63,652 nucleotides of DNA, filler included, from Reticulomyxa filosa (GCA_000512085.1; 22 parts of 22 records of this genome joined end to end with filler, not necessarily neighbours in it), one strand, 5' to 3'. Counted from the whole stretch's first letter, positions 25,202-38,974 are shown. Notes: generated by a model from the letters alone, not told the origin. Numbers and translations: made by a program.

Positions 25202-26198
25202 TCATAGAATAAAATATGACACGAACAAAACATCCATTTTGACAACTCCGCTTTTACATTATTGCAGTTCAAATCAAACCACAGTGGTTCGACATTCCAC
25301 AGCAATGGCCTCCTCCATTCTCCAACAGCCATCGAGTTCAATTGCTAGTCAATTTTTTAGCTAGTAAAAAAGTTTAGAAATGATGGAACACGTTGAGCTC
25401 TTAGTTCAAAAAGCTAATAGTTTTTTTGTTTATTCTCTTTTTCTGTGTCTTTATTTTTGAAATCTTTGAAAAAAGTATTTAGCCTTTTTTTTGTACCTCC
25501 TATGTGCTATATGTTGAAGACAACCCTTCTCATTTTTTTTTTTATGTTGTTATTTTAATTTTATCTTTATACTATTTCTATTTTTTGTAAGATCAAAAAT
25601 ATGAAAGAGAAGGGCTCAGATAAGAGAAAATCAAGAAAATTCTGAAAAATTTTAAATTTGATGTTTTATTTTGTGTTAATAATTTTTACTTCCAAAAATA
25701 GTTTCTTTTTTTCCTTTGTTTTGAGTGGTTTTCAATCAAACATAATTGGGTTGGTTGTGCATTTGTTATGGGTAGCCCAGTTGTTGGGTCTTGTACGTTC
25801 CTTTTTGTTGTGTCTTTTCGTATCTTTTTTTTTCTTTTTGTTAATTTTGTAAGTTGAAAGACTTTTAGTATGTTTTTAACATTTGATCTGGTGGTGTGGA
25901 TAATGATAATTTAAATTTCTTTACTATCATTCCAATATGTATTTTTTTATTTCATCTCTGTTTACTTTGCAGACTATTAATTTTTATGGAAGAACAAATT
26001 TTTGTAAATGAAAACCAAATTATCAAATTAAAGGATGGCAGTCACAATCAATTAAAACTCAATTGATGTGATCTAATCTTACTCTGTTTAAGATATTTAG
26101 AAAAAAACGTACAGTAAACCCAATCTTTCTCTTTAAACAATTACTCATCAAAACAAGAACAAACACAAACATTCTTGAACAATGATGAACTTGCTTCT

Positions 26199-28412
26199 CT
26201 AAAGATCAAGACTATTGACCACTACATCCTCTCCCAAATTTGCTATAATTTTTCTCCATTGTTCAACTGATTTCTTCAAATTTGTAATACAATAATTTTC
26301 CTCCCAAGAACACAATATCACAAAACAATAATTAACCCAATCAGGGCCAAATTCCAACCATAAATTGCCTAATATTAAATCCATCACACCTCGATAGTTC
26401 AAATAGCAGCTACTCGACAATGATACTTCTTTGTTTTCCGAAACCTTCTCAAATCTTTTATAGTTATATTATTTAATATTGTTATCCCTTGTACATTTAT
26501 GTTTATTTTTTCAACAAAAAAGATCAAAGACTTGTGTTTTTGGCAATTTTGCAAATAGGATCTTGCAGAGCGCATATGTCCATAAATTTCATCATAACAA
26601 GCCTCGTGTCCTCCATCCACAAATACTTTCCATTGGAGTTTTTTGTCACAACTTATGTCTGGAAATATGAAAGCGTATGTGCAATATTGTGCAAATACAT
26701 TAATATAATCATCGTTTTCTTGCATTGAGGCATTTGCCAACCCTTTGTTTCTTTTTACAAACAATTTGCTTTTGATTAAAAAATCTTCTAAATTGTTGCA
26801 AATTTGTGACGAATTCTTTGGGAAGCGTTGATGGAGTCGTTTGAGATCCAGTACTTCTTGCACAAATTGAGAAGTGGGAATCACCTTTCGATTTTCGAAC
26901 ACCGTTGCTTTCTTTTGGCGATGGCTCACTTGTGTGTACAGCACACATTCATCGTCTCCTCTTCGAGATATCATTATAGGTCGAATTGCAAAGTCTTGCA
27001 ATACATTCAAATACTTTGAACTTCGATTTTTCAAAATCGATAAAAGATGTTCATATTCCACTGTTCCATTCCATTCCAAATTTTTTTTTTTAAAAGTATT
27101 AATAGTTACAAAAAAAAAAAAAAAAATCAAACCTAAAGTTAAATGAATATTTTTCTGAAAAGGAAACAAATTCCTGGACAATCGATTGAAATTTGGTTCG
27201 CTTGTCGTGTTGTTTATCCACACCCAAATAAGCAAAGATGTCTTTCACATCGTGGTAAGCACTGTTGCTTAGCTTCGTGGACTCTTTCACTGAGGCATTT
27301 GTGTCTTTTTCAATTACTGCAAAAGACACAATCTCTTGTTCTTTCCTCGAAGTTTTCCCACTTCTTTCACAACTCCATTGCTGTGTCCATGCGTTGAAAC
27401 ATATATTGGTGGCGTTGAAATATCCGACTCACTTTTGATTTCGTCCCCGTTGCATTCACTTTACATAAAAAAACACGACAGAGTTGTAAAGAGTGAAACC
27501 ATAATTTTTTTCTTTTTCTTATCGCTTATCACTTTACCCAAAAAAAAAAAAAAGGTTCAAAACTCAATCGTAGCAACAAGTCTTGGAGTGTCGAGTTGCA
27601 TCGGGGTCAAATTGCGCTTGTGATGTAACGTTTCAATCTTATTACAGTTAGGATGATCTGACTCATCTTCACTGTTTTTTTGATTGGTTAACAATTGCAT
27701 AATTGGTTGCGAATGAATCGGGGTGATAACGAATTCGACCTCACTGCGAGGTGTTTCAATGGTACTATCCACTTCGCAAATAAGATCGGTATTGCAAACC
27801 AGTTGTTGAGGTTTCACTCGCGGGATCTGCTTGACATTGTCGTTGTGATCCTGCTCCTCTTTTCCTCCTCCTCTTCCTCTTCCTCTTCTTCTTCTTCATT
27901 AAATCCATTATTCGTGGCAACACATGACTCGGTTGCAGCTTTGTTACATCGTTCCAATTGTGCACTTTCGCTTCGGCCATTGGGTGTTTCAAAGAATTGC
28001 CCACTTTGCAAGTATTGACCACAAGTGGAACACGTGTTTTTAGAAACTGTTTCTGATTGGTTGCAAATTTGACGACTCATCTTAGCAAACATAAAAAAAA
28101 AACAATTGCAAACATGCCAAAATTTTTCTTTATAGAATTAACATCTTTTCATTGAAGAAAACTTACTTGTGGAGATATTTTACCAGGAACAAGTAGCTCA
28201 TTTTGTTTGAGAAGCTCTCTGTACTCGCGAAAAACAATGATCAAAGAATCTTCTAATTGAACTACTTTCGCTTTAACATTGGCTAACTCAGCTTGCAAGT
28301 TCTTAGCTGTTTCTCGCTCTGTCAGTAACAAAGACACCAACTGGGAGCTGTTTAGCTTCTCTAAGGACACAACATTAGAGGTTGCATTTGGATCTCGCTT
28401 GCGATTATCCAT
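26199..28412 (-). CDS. Multi-exon hypothetical protein with N-terminal coiled coil and poly-Glu tract
   Basis: Chain of minus-strand ORFs (28149-28412, 27814-28092, 27557-27817, 26399-27235, 26199-26420) separated by introns. Confidence 0.55.
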
Positions 28413-28809
28413 ATTTCTCGCAACTTACGGTTTTTTTTCAACTCCAATAAAACGAAAAACGTTTGATCTTTTTCTTTACAACTTACCACAAACCCCTTGT
28501 CAAAAAAACTTACTGTGAAATATACTTTTAAAGATCGATCCAGATGTCATTAGCTTTTTGCACGTTATTACTATTACAATTGATACATACTACTTTAAGC
28601 TTTGCTCTCACTGCATGTAATAGTCTATTATTCTCGCGTTTGTAAGAATAGCGATTATATCACGTACCTCCCTGAGAAAAAAAGAATTAATTTGGCTAAC
28701 ACTTTGTGAAGTTCACATTCGGGAACAAGCAAGCTGTCAGGAAAAATATCCTTGTGCATCAACAAGTAATAGATTCAATTTCTTGTCCCTCTTGTGAGAC
28801 TGTGTTAAG

Positions 28810-31020
28810 ATGACCCAAGCCCGTGTTGTCCATGATTATAATGCAGACGGTGACGGCCAACTCTCGATAGGAAAAGGCGATACAGTTACCATTATCGGCG
28901 ACGTGACTCCCGAGAACTGGGTGCTTGCGAGAAATGCGTTTTGTATTTATTTTCTATTTTGTCTGTTATTTAATTTTTCGACACTGTTGTATTAATCTTT
29001 AATTCGTGCATAATCCACATATGGAAAAACGAGAAGAGGCCCCTGTTGAAACTCAAACTTTGATGTTTGGAAAAAAAACAGAAAAGGAGATGAAGGGTAC
29101 ATTCCTTCAGGATACTACAAAGAACTTGCCGGGAAAAAGCCAGTGAAAGGGCCTCCGCCATTGCCTCCGAAAACAGGAGGTAAGGCAACAACAGGTGGCA
29201 CCACAGAAACAGCTGGAGAACGACCTCAATGGGAAGCAGTGAAACCGGTAAACGTCTCATCAGCGAAGAAATCCTCAAAGTCCCAGGACGATGGCGTCCT
29301 GATGGAGGGCAATGACACGTATAACCTGTTCGCGTATCAAATGGAATGGTCGGCCCTCTCGTTGACCTTTGTCAATGCCTTGATATCCTTTTTCAATGGA
29401 ACGGCCCAATCTACTTTTTATTGGATCATTCCGCCCATCTTTGCTCTTACCATTGGCGGTATTGTTGTCATGACCGAAGGCTTTGCCAGAGAAAGGTATT
29501 GGTTTTGATTTTCTTCATTCTTTTTTTGTTTTTTCGGGGAAGGGGGGGGGGGGGGAAAAATAAATTTTTTGGATACCAATAATTCCAATCAAAAACGCAA
29601 ACGTTTTTTTTGCGGATCAACGATTATTTAAAACTGATAAGCAAAGAAGAGGAAGCGAAAAAAAAAAAAAGTATTTAAAATCTTTTTTTTTTGCAATGAC
29701 CCCTGTTTTACAGGATGTAATTAAACTTTGGGAGAGTCAGCAAAAAAAAATGTTGAGAAATTTTAAAAAAAAAAAGCAAACAAATAACAAGGGGAAAAAA
29801 GTATACGTGCTCCTAAAAAAAAGTGCATTGCGTAAAAGAACATTTTATGAGGGGGGGAGGAAAAAAAAAAAGAAAGGGAGACACGTGGACGGACAAAATC
29901 TTAAACTAAGGAGGACAAAAAAGAAAAAAAAAATTTGTTTTTTTGGTTGTGGTGAAATATAGAATGGGTCCTAAAGGTCGTATAGCAGCATTTTCTGTGT
30001 TGGGAGTTTTGATGGCATTATCATGGCCTTTTGGATGGGCTGGATGTGGTGCGTGCTTCGCGGCAGTCGGAGTCAATTATCTTGTGATACGATACAATTG
30101 CAAACCGCTGACGTCAGCAATCACAGATGATTGGAGAAGCCAGTTCATGAATGGATGCGACTCGTGGACTCCTGGAAGAATGGTGTTTGTCGCGTTTGTT
30201 GTTATTATAAATATCGTATCTATTGCTTGGGGATTTATCAATGGTTACAACCAAGCAGCATCAATCACCGATAATCCTGATGACGCCGAAATTAAGTTTG
30301 GTTTTTCATTATTGTCACATAACAGAAAAAAATTTTGTGCTTGTGTGATTTGCATAAATTGCTGCATAGACCACGAACCTATGGTGTAGCATTAGGCTTT
30401 GGCAGGGCTGTGACAATAGATATTGCATTGATGTTGTTATTAGCTTGTTATGGCTGTTTCTCTCGTCAAGCGCAGAAACATCAACGAGATCGCACGGCAG
30501 ATACTTGGCTGGGTAGATGCTGTATTTATTTGAGTGATGAAGAAGGAAGAAGACATTGCCATCGCGTTTTGGCCTACAGTACCGTTTTGTTTGCATATTT
30601 GCACTCAATATCGATGTATTATTCTTATGAGTCATCAGGTACGTTTAATGTTAATTGTTATAAAGGAGATATCCACACATTTCATGTCGTAATAGCGCTT
30701 CAATTTAAACACAATATTGTTGTGTCAAAATAGGTGTGCAACGTACATTTGTGTCAATTTTTGGAATTGAAACTGTGGTAACTGGACTTGTGGCGTTCAT
30801 ATTGTTGTCGGTGGTGATTGGTTCTGCAAATCAAACGATCCTCAAGCAAAATTCAAAATTGTTTTGGCAAACTCATTCTATCCCTGCTGTTGTGATGATA
30901 TTCTTGTTGTTCTTGCATGGACCTAAAGGCAGAGGCCAATGGTATTATATGCCTGTGGTGGGACCATTTGTATTGTACGCTATTGATGTTGGATTACGAT
31001 ATATGACCGGTGACAAGTGA
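28810..31020 (+). CDS. SH3 + proline-rich + p22phox-like membrane block + NOX/ferric-reductase bis-heme membrane domain fusion (~476 aa), lacking the FAD/NADPH domain
   Basis: Exons 28810-28937, 29082-29495, 29963-30295, 30370-30638 and 30734-31020 splice in frame (1431 nt). SH3 VVHDYNA...W...GYIPSGY; PPPLPPK; HRVLAYSTVLFAYLH; FWQTH...LHG; VVGPFVLYAIDVGLR. Confidence 0.8.
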
Positions 31021-31686
31021 TTAAGACAAGGATCTTTTTTTGAAAAGAAAAGCGTTCTGTATAGAACAACAAGCTTTGTCTTGATTGTAATTTTTTTTTT
31101 TTTTAAATGAGATATGGCATATCTTATGTGTACTATGTGCACTCTTAAAACAAATGTTTATTTTGAAGATTTTTTTGAATGACTGAACGATTTGCTAATA
31201 TCAGTATCCAAATCACATTTCAGTGTAATATCTAAATTTGGTTTTATCATTATTCTGTATTGGGATATATAATTTAAAAAAATTAAATGGTGAGCGACAT
31301 ACGGAACTAAAAATGTCGTAAAAAAAAGTCCTTTCGGGAAAATTTTTTCAGTTGTTAGAAATTTCGAGAAAAAGAAATGTGACAATAACTGTCGAAGTTA
31401 GTAACGTGTCTTGGAAAAATTCTAAGGATCCAATGGAATTTGGATAAAGTTAAATATATCTCTTTTCATGAATATAACCGATGCTTTTAAATATTTTGAA
31501 GACAGAATGAACAAGTTGATTTTTCAGGTCTATTCGGCAATTCAACAGGGGCATTAGTGACAATTGGGGAAAAAAAAGGCATATAATATTGTGTACATAA
31601 GTGCAATAATAATAGTGATAAAAACAAAAAAACAATGATAATTGAATATAAAAATCCCAAAAGACTTGGGGAAAAAAAGGTGTTTA

Positions 31687-33768
31687 TTAGACTGGAGCCT
31701 TATTTCCAGTCACGACCATATTTTTCAACATGTCATTTTGCATGCGAAGATCTTTGATCTGTTCAGTGGTTAACACAATCGTAATATTGACAAACAAAAA
31801 AAAATTATTTTATTGTTTATCTTCAAATTGAAAGCTACATTTATGAGATAAAATAATCAAACAAAAAGAGATCATTAACCTCTTTGACCAATACTTTTCG
31901 TTGAGTCTTTAGTACTTTAATTTGCTGCTGTAATAATTCCTTATTACTTGAAGGAGCTTTAAGAAAATAGAAAAGAAACAACAAAAAAAAGCAAACACAC
32001 TCGCAGTCTAAATATGTATAAATATGAACAACATACGCACATACTTTGTTTGGCAAGGTCAGACTGAGTTTGTTCCAGTTTGGCTTCCAACGACTTAATT
32101 TTCTCTTTGCTGAATTGCAGCTCTTTTTCCAAAGACTCGATAGTGAACCGTTGTTGTTCCAAAAGCCCTTGCATGTGGGCCATCTGTTGCCTTTGGACTT
32201 CCATTTGCTGCAGCAGCACCTGTTGCGATTGCTGCACTTTCAGCTGTTCTTGCTGCTTCTGTTTCACTCGCTCTTGCGCCTGCGCTTGATTCTGCGGAGG
32301 CAACTCACTAAACTGCTGCTGCAACATTTGGAACTGGTCTCGAATCATTGTGTTTTGTTCCACTTTTTCGCGCAGTTTCTGTTGCGTTGTTTTCAGTCTT
32401 TGTTCCATCTGTCCGATTTGTTGTTGCATTTCTTTCAGCTTCGCTACCAATTGTCTTTTCTCGGACACGTACTTCATCTGCAAGTTCTTGTATTTGCTCT
32501 CTTCCGCATCTTTATTTTGCACACATTACATATACATACATACATACATACATACATTTATATAAGCCAATTTTTGAAAACATTGTAAAATATAACAATT
32601 TTTTTTTTTTGGAAAAGACCTTGTAGTTTTTGTAATTGCTCTTGAGAAAGCTTCAATTCTTCAACGATTTTGGCATTTCCATGTTCGTCTGTGCCAAGGT
32701 ACTTTTCAATGTCGGACATGGACATGAGCGACTCCTCACGTGACCGCGACGAGGCATGCGATATGCTGCGCCTGGAAAATGATGACGAAGAGGAGTGTTG
32801 TCTCATCGTCTTTTTTTTTTTTGGATTGACACCCACATACATATTTGTACATATACATATATACATATATATATGTATATGTACAAATATGTACAAAAGA
32901 AATGAACCAAATAGGTAAAAGGATTGAAAGTTTGAATACCTGCAGACCTGATAAATAGGGGAAGAGGAGTCAAGTTGGCTTTGAGCAGGTTCATGTCTAT
33001 TATGTTCAGCAGGAAGTCGAACGACAGTAGAAGAGGTAGTGGAGAAGTTTTCAATGACTTTTCGTTTCAAAGCGCTCATCCATTCCGGAGTCGTGTTGGC
33101 GTGGTTCGCGTACGAATTTGAGCTTTGCGAATGAAGTCTGTGTTTGAAAAGGTTGGAGTCTGACTTTCCATTGGCATTGGACTTGTTCAACAGGACAGGT
33201 GACAACTTGTGTGGAGAAGAGCCACTTGTTTGCTGTTGATGTTGTTGTTGTCCAAGCAAAGACGATGACGACTTAATTTGTTGTCGCATTTGTAGCTTTC
33301 GCGAAACGGCTTTTTTGGCAGTGTCGGACAAGTGTTCGAAGGCAAGCGACCCATTGTTATTTGTGGTGATGTCACGTCTGATCACAGACTGCGCAGCAGA
33401 TGCAGATACGGTGGACACTTCAGTCTTCGTCTCGTCTCTTCCGTCTGAGCTTGAGGCGACCACAGGCCCAACAATTCGTCGTCATTGTCGCTGCTCGAAA
33501 ACCGACTGTGTCCGAGGCCGATCACTGTCGTCGCTATCAATTGGTCGTTGTTTTCATTGTCATTATTGCCTCCATTGCCATTGGCTTCGACCAAAGAGTC
33601 GTGGTCGCTATTTTGCGAAGGCAATCGCATGATCTTTTCCTCCTCTTCCTCTTCTTCACTTATCTTGGCTCTGAGCATTGGGACAGGTCTCGTTGCTGGT
33701 ACGATACTATCTGTCAAATCTATCCGCAACACCACTTTCACATTTCCTTCTTCAAACTCGGCCAAGCG

Positions 33769-33809
<41 letters not shown>

Positions 33810-33953
33810 GGGGGGTAAATATTTATTGGTTCATTCATCCATTCGATTTGTTTATCGTGTAGAAAAAAAAATCAACCTTTCTAAAAAAAAAAAAAAAAAT
33901 GAACTGTTTGAGAACCCCAAGCTCGTGTTCGACTCTGGCTTTGTATTGAATCC
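31687..33953 (-). CDS. Multi-exon protein with Ser-rich region and Gln-rich C-terminal coiled coil (5' incomplete)
   Basis: ORFs 33382-33765, 32558-33463, 31959-32522 plus terminal exons IKVLKTQRKVLVKEV / IKDLRMQNDML; stop at 31687. Confidence 0.6.
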
Positions 33954-34154
33954 NNNNNNNNNNNNNNNNNNNNNNNNNNNNNNNNNNNNNNNNNNNNTTA
34001 ATTAATTAANNNNNNNNNNNNNNNNNNNNNNNNNNNNNNNNNNNNNNNNNNNNGGCTACAAAAAGTGTTGTGTTTGAAATTTTTAAGAGCTCTGGGACGG
34101 TACCTCTTTATCCTCTTCATTAAAGCAATCTTTAAAAAATAGATTAAGTGGACT

Positions 34155-35076
34155 ATGTCTGAAGATGGAAAATCTTCCAACAATGAAGAGACAGAAACAG
34201 GTCTTGAACCGAAATTTACTTCACAGAGCGGCAGCAAGGGAGCAAGCAAGTCAGACTCAGGCAAGTCGCGTCAAACGAAAAAAACTCCTAAACAAATCCT
34301 CCAACCAAAAATCCCAACTCAAATTATGGATGGAAAATACGTTAAATATTCTCCTATGTTTTCTCTTTTTTTTTTTTTTATGGAGTTTTTTTCTGGAGAG
34401 AATTAATAGTTAAAAAAAAAAAAAAAGGAAACATAAATTAATAATATAAATGAAAATGAGCCCATTAGCATTGATAATACTTTTATACTAATAAAAGGAT
34501 GTGTTTGTTGTTTGTAGCGTATGAGCACTCGCATTGGAAAGGGTGCTTTTTGTACCGTTTACAAAGCATATGATTCGGAAACAACACAACCTGTTGCCAT
34601 CAAAGTAACTCCAATGAAGCACATGAATAAACAAGGAATAAAAAGCATTATGGTGATTATTTCTAATATGTGATCCCCCCCCCCTTCCTTCCATTTTTTT
34701 GTTTAAATGTTCCCATTTGTACATTTTATTTATGTTATAACTTTGTATGTTATCGACAAATAAAACTACTTTATATATACGTATACGTATATATATATAT
34801 ATATGTATATAAATCCTTAACATAAAAATGATTAAAAAACATTGATTATGAAATGCAAATACAAATAACCAATGACAACAACATTTCGAAGCAAGAATTA
34901 GAGTTATTGAAAAATTACCCAAACATCCAAATATCGTGGAATATATTGATAGCAAACAAGAGCAAGGCTTTTTATTTGTCATATTAGAGTTTATGGAGGA
35001 AGGCTCGTTGCAAGCGCTAGTGAAACTTTTTGGAGGAAAATTGAATGAAACAGTGACAGCGTTGTATATTTATCAA
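34155..35076 (+). CDS. STE-group (Cdc15/SepA-like) protein kinase, N-terminal part
   Basis: Spliced MDGKY-RMSTRIGKGAFCTVYKAYDSETTQPVAIK ... HPNIVEYIDS...LFVILEFMEEGSLQALVKLFGGKLNETVTALYIYQ. Confidence 0.8.
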
Positions 35077-35874
35077 GTAACACAAATTGTTTTTTTTAAT
35101 TAAACAATACAATTATTTTNNNNNNNNNNNNNNNNNNNNNNNNNNNNNNNNNNNNNNNNNNNNTTAATTAATTAANNNNNNNNNNNNNNNNNNNNNNNNN
35201 NNNNNNNNNNNNNNNNNNNAACTGTCTCAAAAAGATCAAAATGGTTTATAGCTCAAGGACGTGTATTAGATCATGCTGATATCCCAAGAAATGTTCAAAG
35301 CATCAATTCGACAGAAAACTGCTAATTCCTCCAGTTATCGTTTATCCGATATTACAAAGGCATGATTTATTAAAAAAGCATGACTGAATTCAATGGAAGC
35401 TGCTAAACAAGTGTGACAAAATCAAGTGGAAATCCGAAGGCGCCAGCGAACAAGGGAAAATTCGATCGTTGTGGAAATTTGCGCTAATTGTATGGCGCAG
35501 AACAACAATCGAAACGCAGAGATACGTAGTAACCTTTGACACACTCAAAAATCAAGTTGAGCCATGGCACGCAAAAGACAAAGCCCATACAAAAAAAAAA
35601 AAAAAAAGACAACAACAAATATGCTCAATAATGAAAAAAAAAAAAAAAGCAAGAATGGTGACTTCCATCATTGGATCATTAATCCAAACGTTGGATAATG
35701 ATCGTTATTCGAAATACTCACGTCCAACATGACCATATGTCCATTCGACAAGGCCAAGACGTATCCTCCATCACAAGGGCGATGACAAGAGCGGATAGAC
35801 TTTGTAATTGGAGAATATCATGGACGAAAAAAAAAAAAAAAATGATATTCTGACACTCTCAATAGAAGCTGCTT

Positions 35875-37949
35875 GACTGGTGTGATAATGTCCAGTGGTG
35901 ATGACGACGAAACGCAGTCCTATTCTATTCTACTCATTAAGTTAATTGTTTCGAGATATTGGGCTGATATTGTGTGAGCAAATATTTGGGTGCCGTTGCT
36001 GTATTGTAGCGACTTTGATTTGGTGCGCGAAAGAGCTAATGTTGTTGTTTCATTTGTAACGAAAAGCAACAACATCGTGTCAGTCGATAATTGGATCGAC
36101 AATTCAAAACTCGCCCCACCATTTGACAAAACAAAGCAATGAATTACTTTAATGTGTTGTCAGTGTCAGCAGTCGATTGTATTATGCCCCCTCCCTCTCA
36201 AAGCCTTGTCACTGTGGATACGAATTGTTCGATTACCAAAAAAAAAAAAAAAACGAATCGCTCGGATGCAAGAAGTGGAATGGTCTTCTGTTGACAAGAC
36301 TGCCATTAAAAAAAAAAAAGGTAATTATAAGGGACGAACCTTTCAATGATTTCAATTAACGGGATGGTTGATAGTGGTATTGAAAAAGTTTTGTTTTTTT
36401 TATATCTTTATACGTATATTGATTATGTTTTTATATGTATTGCTTGAAATTTTGAATAGATATTTAAAAATGTACAAATGAAAATGGGCAATTGTCGCTG
36501 TTTATGATGCCATTGGCGCTGTCGTGAGTTCCCAGCAAATAATGGCAACAGCAACAGTTGCAGTAGATATCGATAGTTGCAGACATGAAAGTAAACAAAG
36601 TGGCAAATCATTGTCAAATTGTTGCGGATGGAAATTCAGTATAACGAATCACTACAGCACATGTGTCTGTCGTTGAGCAAATTTTGATTTTAGTGACGGC
36701 ATGAATTGGATATTGATCATTGTATTGCCCTTAAATGGCGTATAATTTGAAAAAAAAAATAAATTGAATGTCCATATCATGTAATGTGGTGCATGACATA
36801 TTGAACGAAAATCGAACAATTTGAAAATGGTGAACTGATTATTATCATGTCATATGCGCAACCTATATCCCAAGTTATAATGTTTTCTTATAATGTGATT
36901 GAAACATGTATGATCAATACGTACATATATAACATAGATTAGATCTCCGAGGAGTACAATACATGTCTATCGGGCAATTGGAAAGTGGTTGGAGGGTTGC
37001 GGCTCCAGCAAGCAAGAGTGGAGTGAAATTCGAACAACAGAAAGTTGGTGGCATATTTATCGCAAGTATTTAACACTTGCCTTATGCATGGACTGATTTC
37101 ATATATTGCGTCCCTCCAAGTGAAGTCCTAACTGGTGTGACAATGTCAACAACGAAACGCAGTCCAGATTCTCTTGTACTCTTTTGTCAATTGTTTTAAC
37201 GCATTGGGCTGGTATTGTGCTCGTCAATATTTGGTACCGCTGCTGTATTCCACGAGTTGATTTGATGCGCACTGAAAAGCTAACGTTATTGCTCGGTTGG
37301 TATTTATGTGCGCTTGTTCCAAGTTCCTGTTACCTGTTGTTATTATCGTGTTTGGGTCCATCGCTTAAAAAAGTTTTTTTATATACACTTGTTTTTTATA
37401 TGTACATATTCAATAACTAATAGCAACATCTTTATACGTATATTGGTTATTTATTTTTATGTATGTGATATGTGTTACTTGAAATATTTTAATAGATATT
37501 CCAAGGCGTATCGATGGAGTTTTGGAATGAATGGACACTTTTTTGCTGTTTATATTGTCATTGGTGCTGCCCCAGCAATAATGGTAATTGTAACAGCAAC
37601 CGCAGCAATATCAAAGGTTGCAGTCATGAAAGCAAAGGTGCTAACGTCATAGTCGAATTGTTGCAATATATCGTCGAATCATGGAAACCGCACTACAACG
37701 CACGCATCTGCCATTTCTTCAAAAAATGTATTTGTTTAGCATTGAACAAATATCTTTAATGATGAGTGTATCAATATGGATCATGTTATTATGCTTTGAA
37801 AAAAAAAATTGGATGTCCATATCGTGTTATGTGGCTCATGACAGATTGAAAGTAGTGGGCTGGTTATTATCGTGAATGCGCAACCAATATTTCAAGTTAA
37901 ATGTTTTTTTGTAATGTGATTGAAATATGTATGACAATACACATGTATA
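35875..37949. repeat. Diverged tandem duplication (~1.0-1.25 kb units) of a decayed sequence
   Basis: ACTGGTGTGAYAATGTC...ACGAAACGCAGTCC at ~35876 and ~37131; ATGCGCAACC...CAAGTTA...TAATGTGATTGAAAYATGTATGA at ~36855 and ~37876. Confidence 0.75.
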
Positions 37950-38136
37950 NNNNNNNNNNNNNNNNNNNNNNNNNNNNNNNNNNNNNNNNNNNNTTAATTA
38001 ATTAANNNNNNNNNNNNNNNNNNNNNNNNNNNNNNNNNNNNNNNNNNNNAAAAAATTGGAAAGACTTAATAAAAAACCAAAATGATATTTAAAAACTACA
38101 CGATTTGTAGATATTCTTTTAAAAAAAATAGGTCTG

Positions 38137-38218
38137 AATGTTGTTTTTTCATGTAGAAAATCAATCATCTCTATAAGGTACCATTTTAGGTGTCAACTTT
38201 ACTTTGCATTCTACTGTA
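38137..38218 (+). mobile_element. Tc1/mariner-like terminal sequence ending ACTG|TA
   Basis: Reverse complement begins TA-CAGTAGAATGCAAAG; a homologous copy lies at 62318-62396. Confidence 0.55.
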
Positions 38219-38269
38219 TAACATTCTTTACACGCTAAAAAAAAGTCAATGAATTTCCACAATCTATAT

Positions 38270-38810
38270 CCATATCAATATCAGCATCTTACTGTTTCCT
38301 TAATATCTTCGTTTGATTACCCGTCAAGCCATTCCAATTTTTAGTCAATAAATTGGATTTGGCGATCGATTCAAAGTTTTTCCTGCTGTTGTCTTTATAG
38401 GTGTTGTCTTCACTCTGGCGCTTGCGACAGAAGACTGCATTGTGTTTCTCGAACTCTCTTGAATTTTCTGTTTTTCTATATCTTCTTGAAATTTCTGATC
38501 TCGATTTTCAAAACACTAAAATGACGATTATCTTGTTACCACTTTTTTGGCAAAAGTTAATATTAATAAGGAAATAAATTTTTTTTTTCTTCGATATAGT
38601 TCAAAGAATCTCGAACAATTGGATCGATATATTTCATCCAATTATCAATATTCCTTTTCAATATCAATCTAAATTGTTCCCATTTGTTACTTCTCAGATT
38701 CCAAGTCTCAGTCTTTTGTCGTTCAATCAGTGGTGAAGACCGTGGTTTAAATATTGAACTTGATTGTAGATGATCGGAATGAACATCCAATTCCACATCA
38801 TCCGCTCTCT
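38270..38810 (-). mobile_element. Non-LTR retrotransposon remnant (end of the APE endonuclease and following linker)
   Basis: DVHSDHL (SDH motif) followed by TETWNLRSNKWEQFR; downstream frame is disrupted. Confidence 0.5.
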
Positions 38811-38974
38811 AATTACAAAAAAGTTTAAAATTAATTATACTGACTAATATTAAAGTATTTAACGCATAATGAGCATATAAGAAAGTAAAAAGCATTATAT
38901 AGAAGCACTTTAATTAGTTTACAGTGAATAGCTTTGAATGCTTTTGGATGGAAAGCCTGTGCGAAAAATGGAAA

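Noticed and set aside
32046-32588. 180-aa Leu-rich ORF on the + strand
   Set aside because: Antisense shadow of the Gln/Glu/Lys-rich coiled-coil exon on the minus strand.
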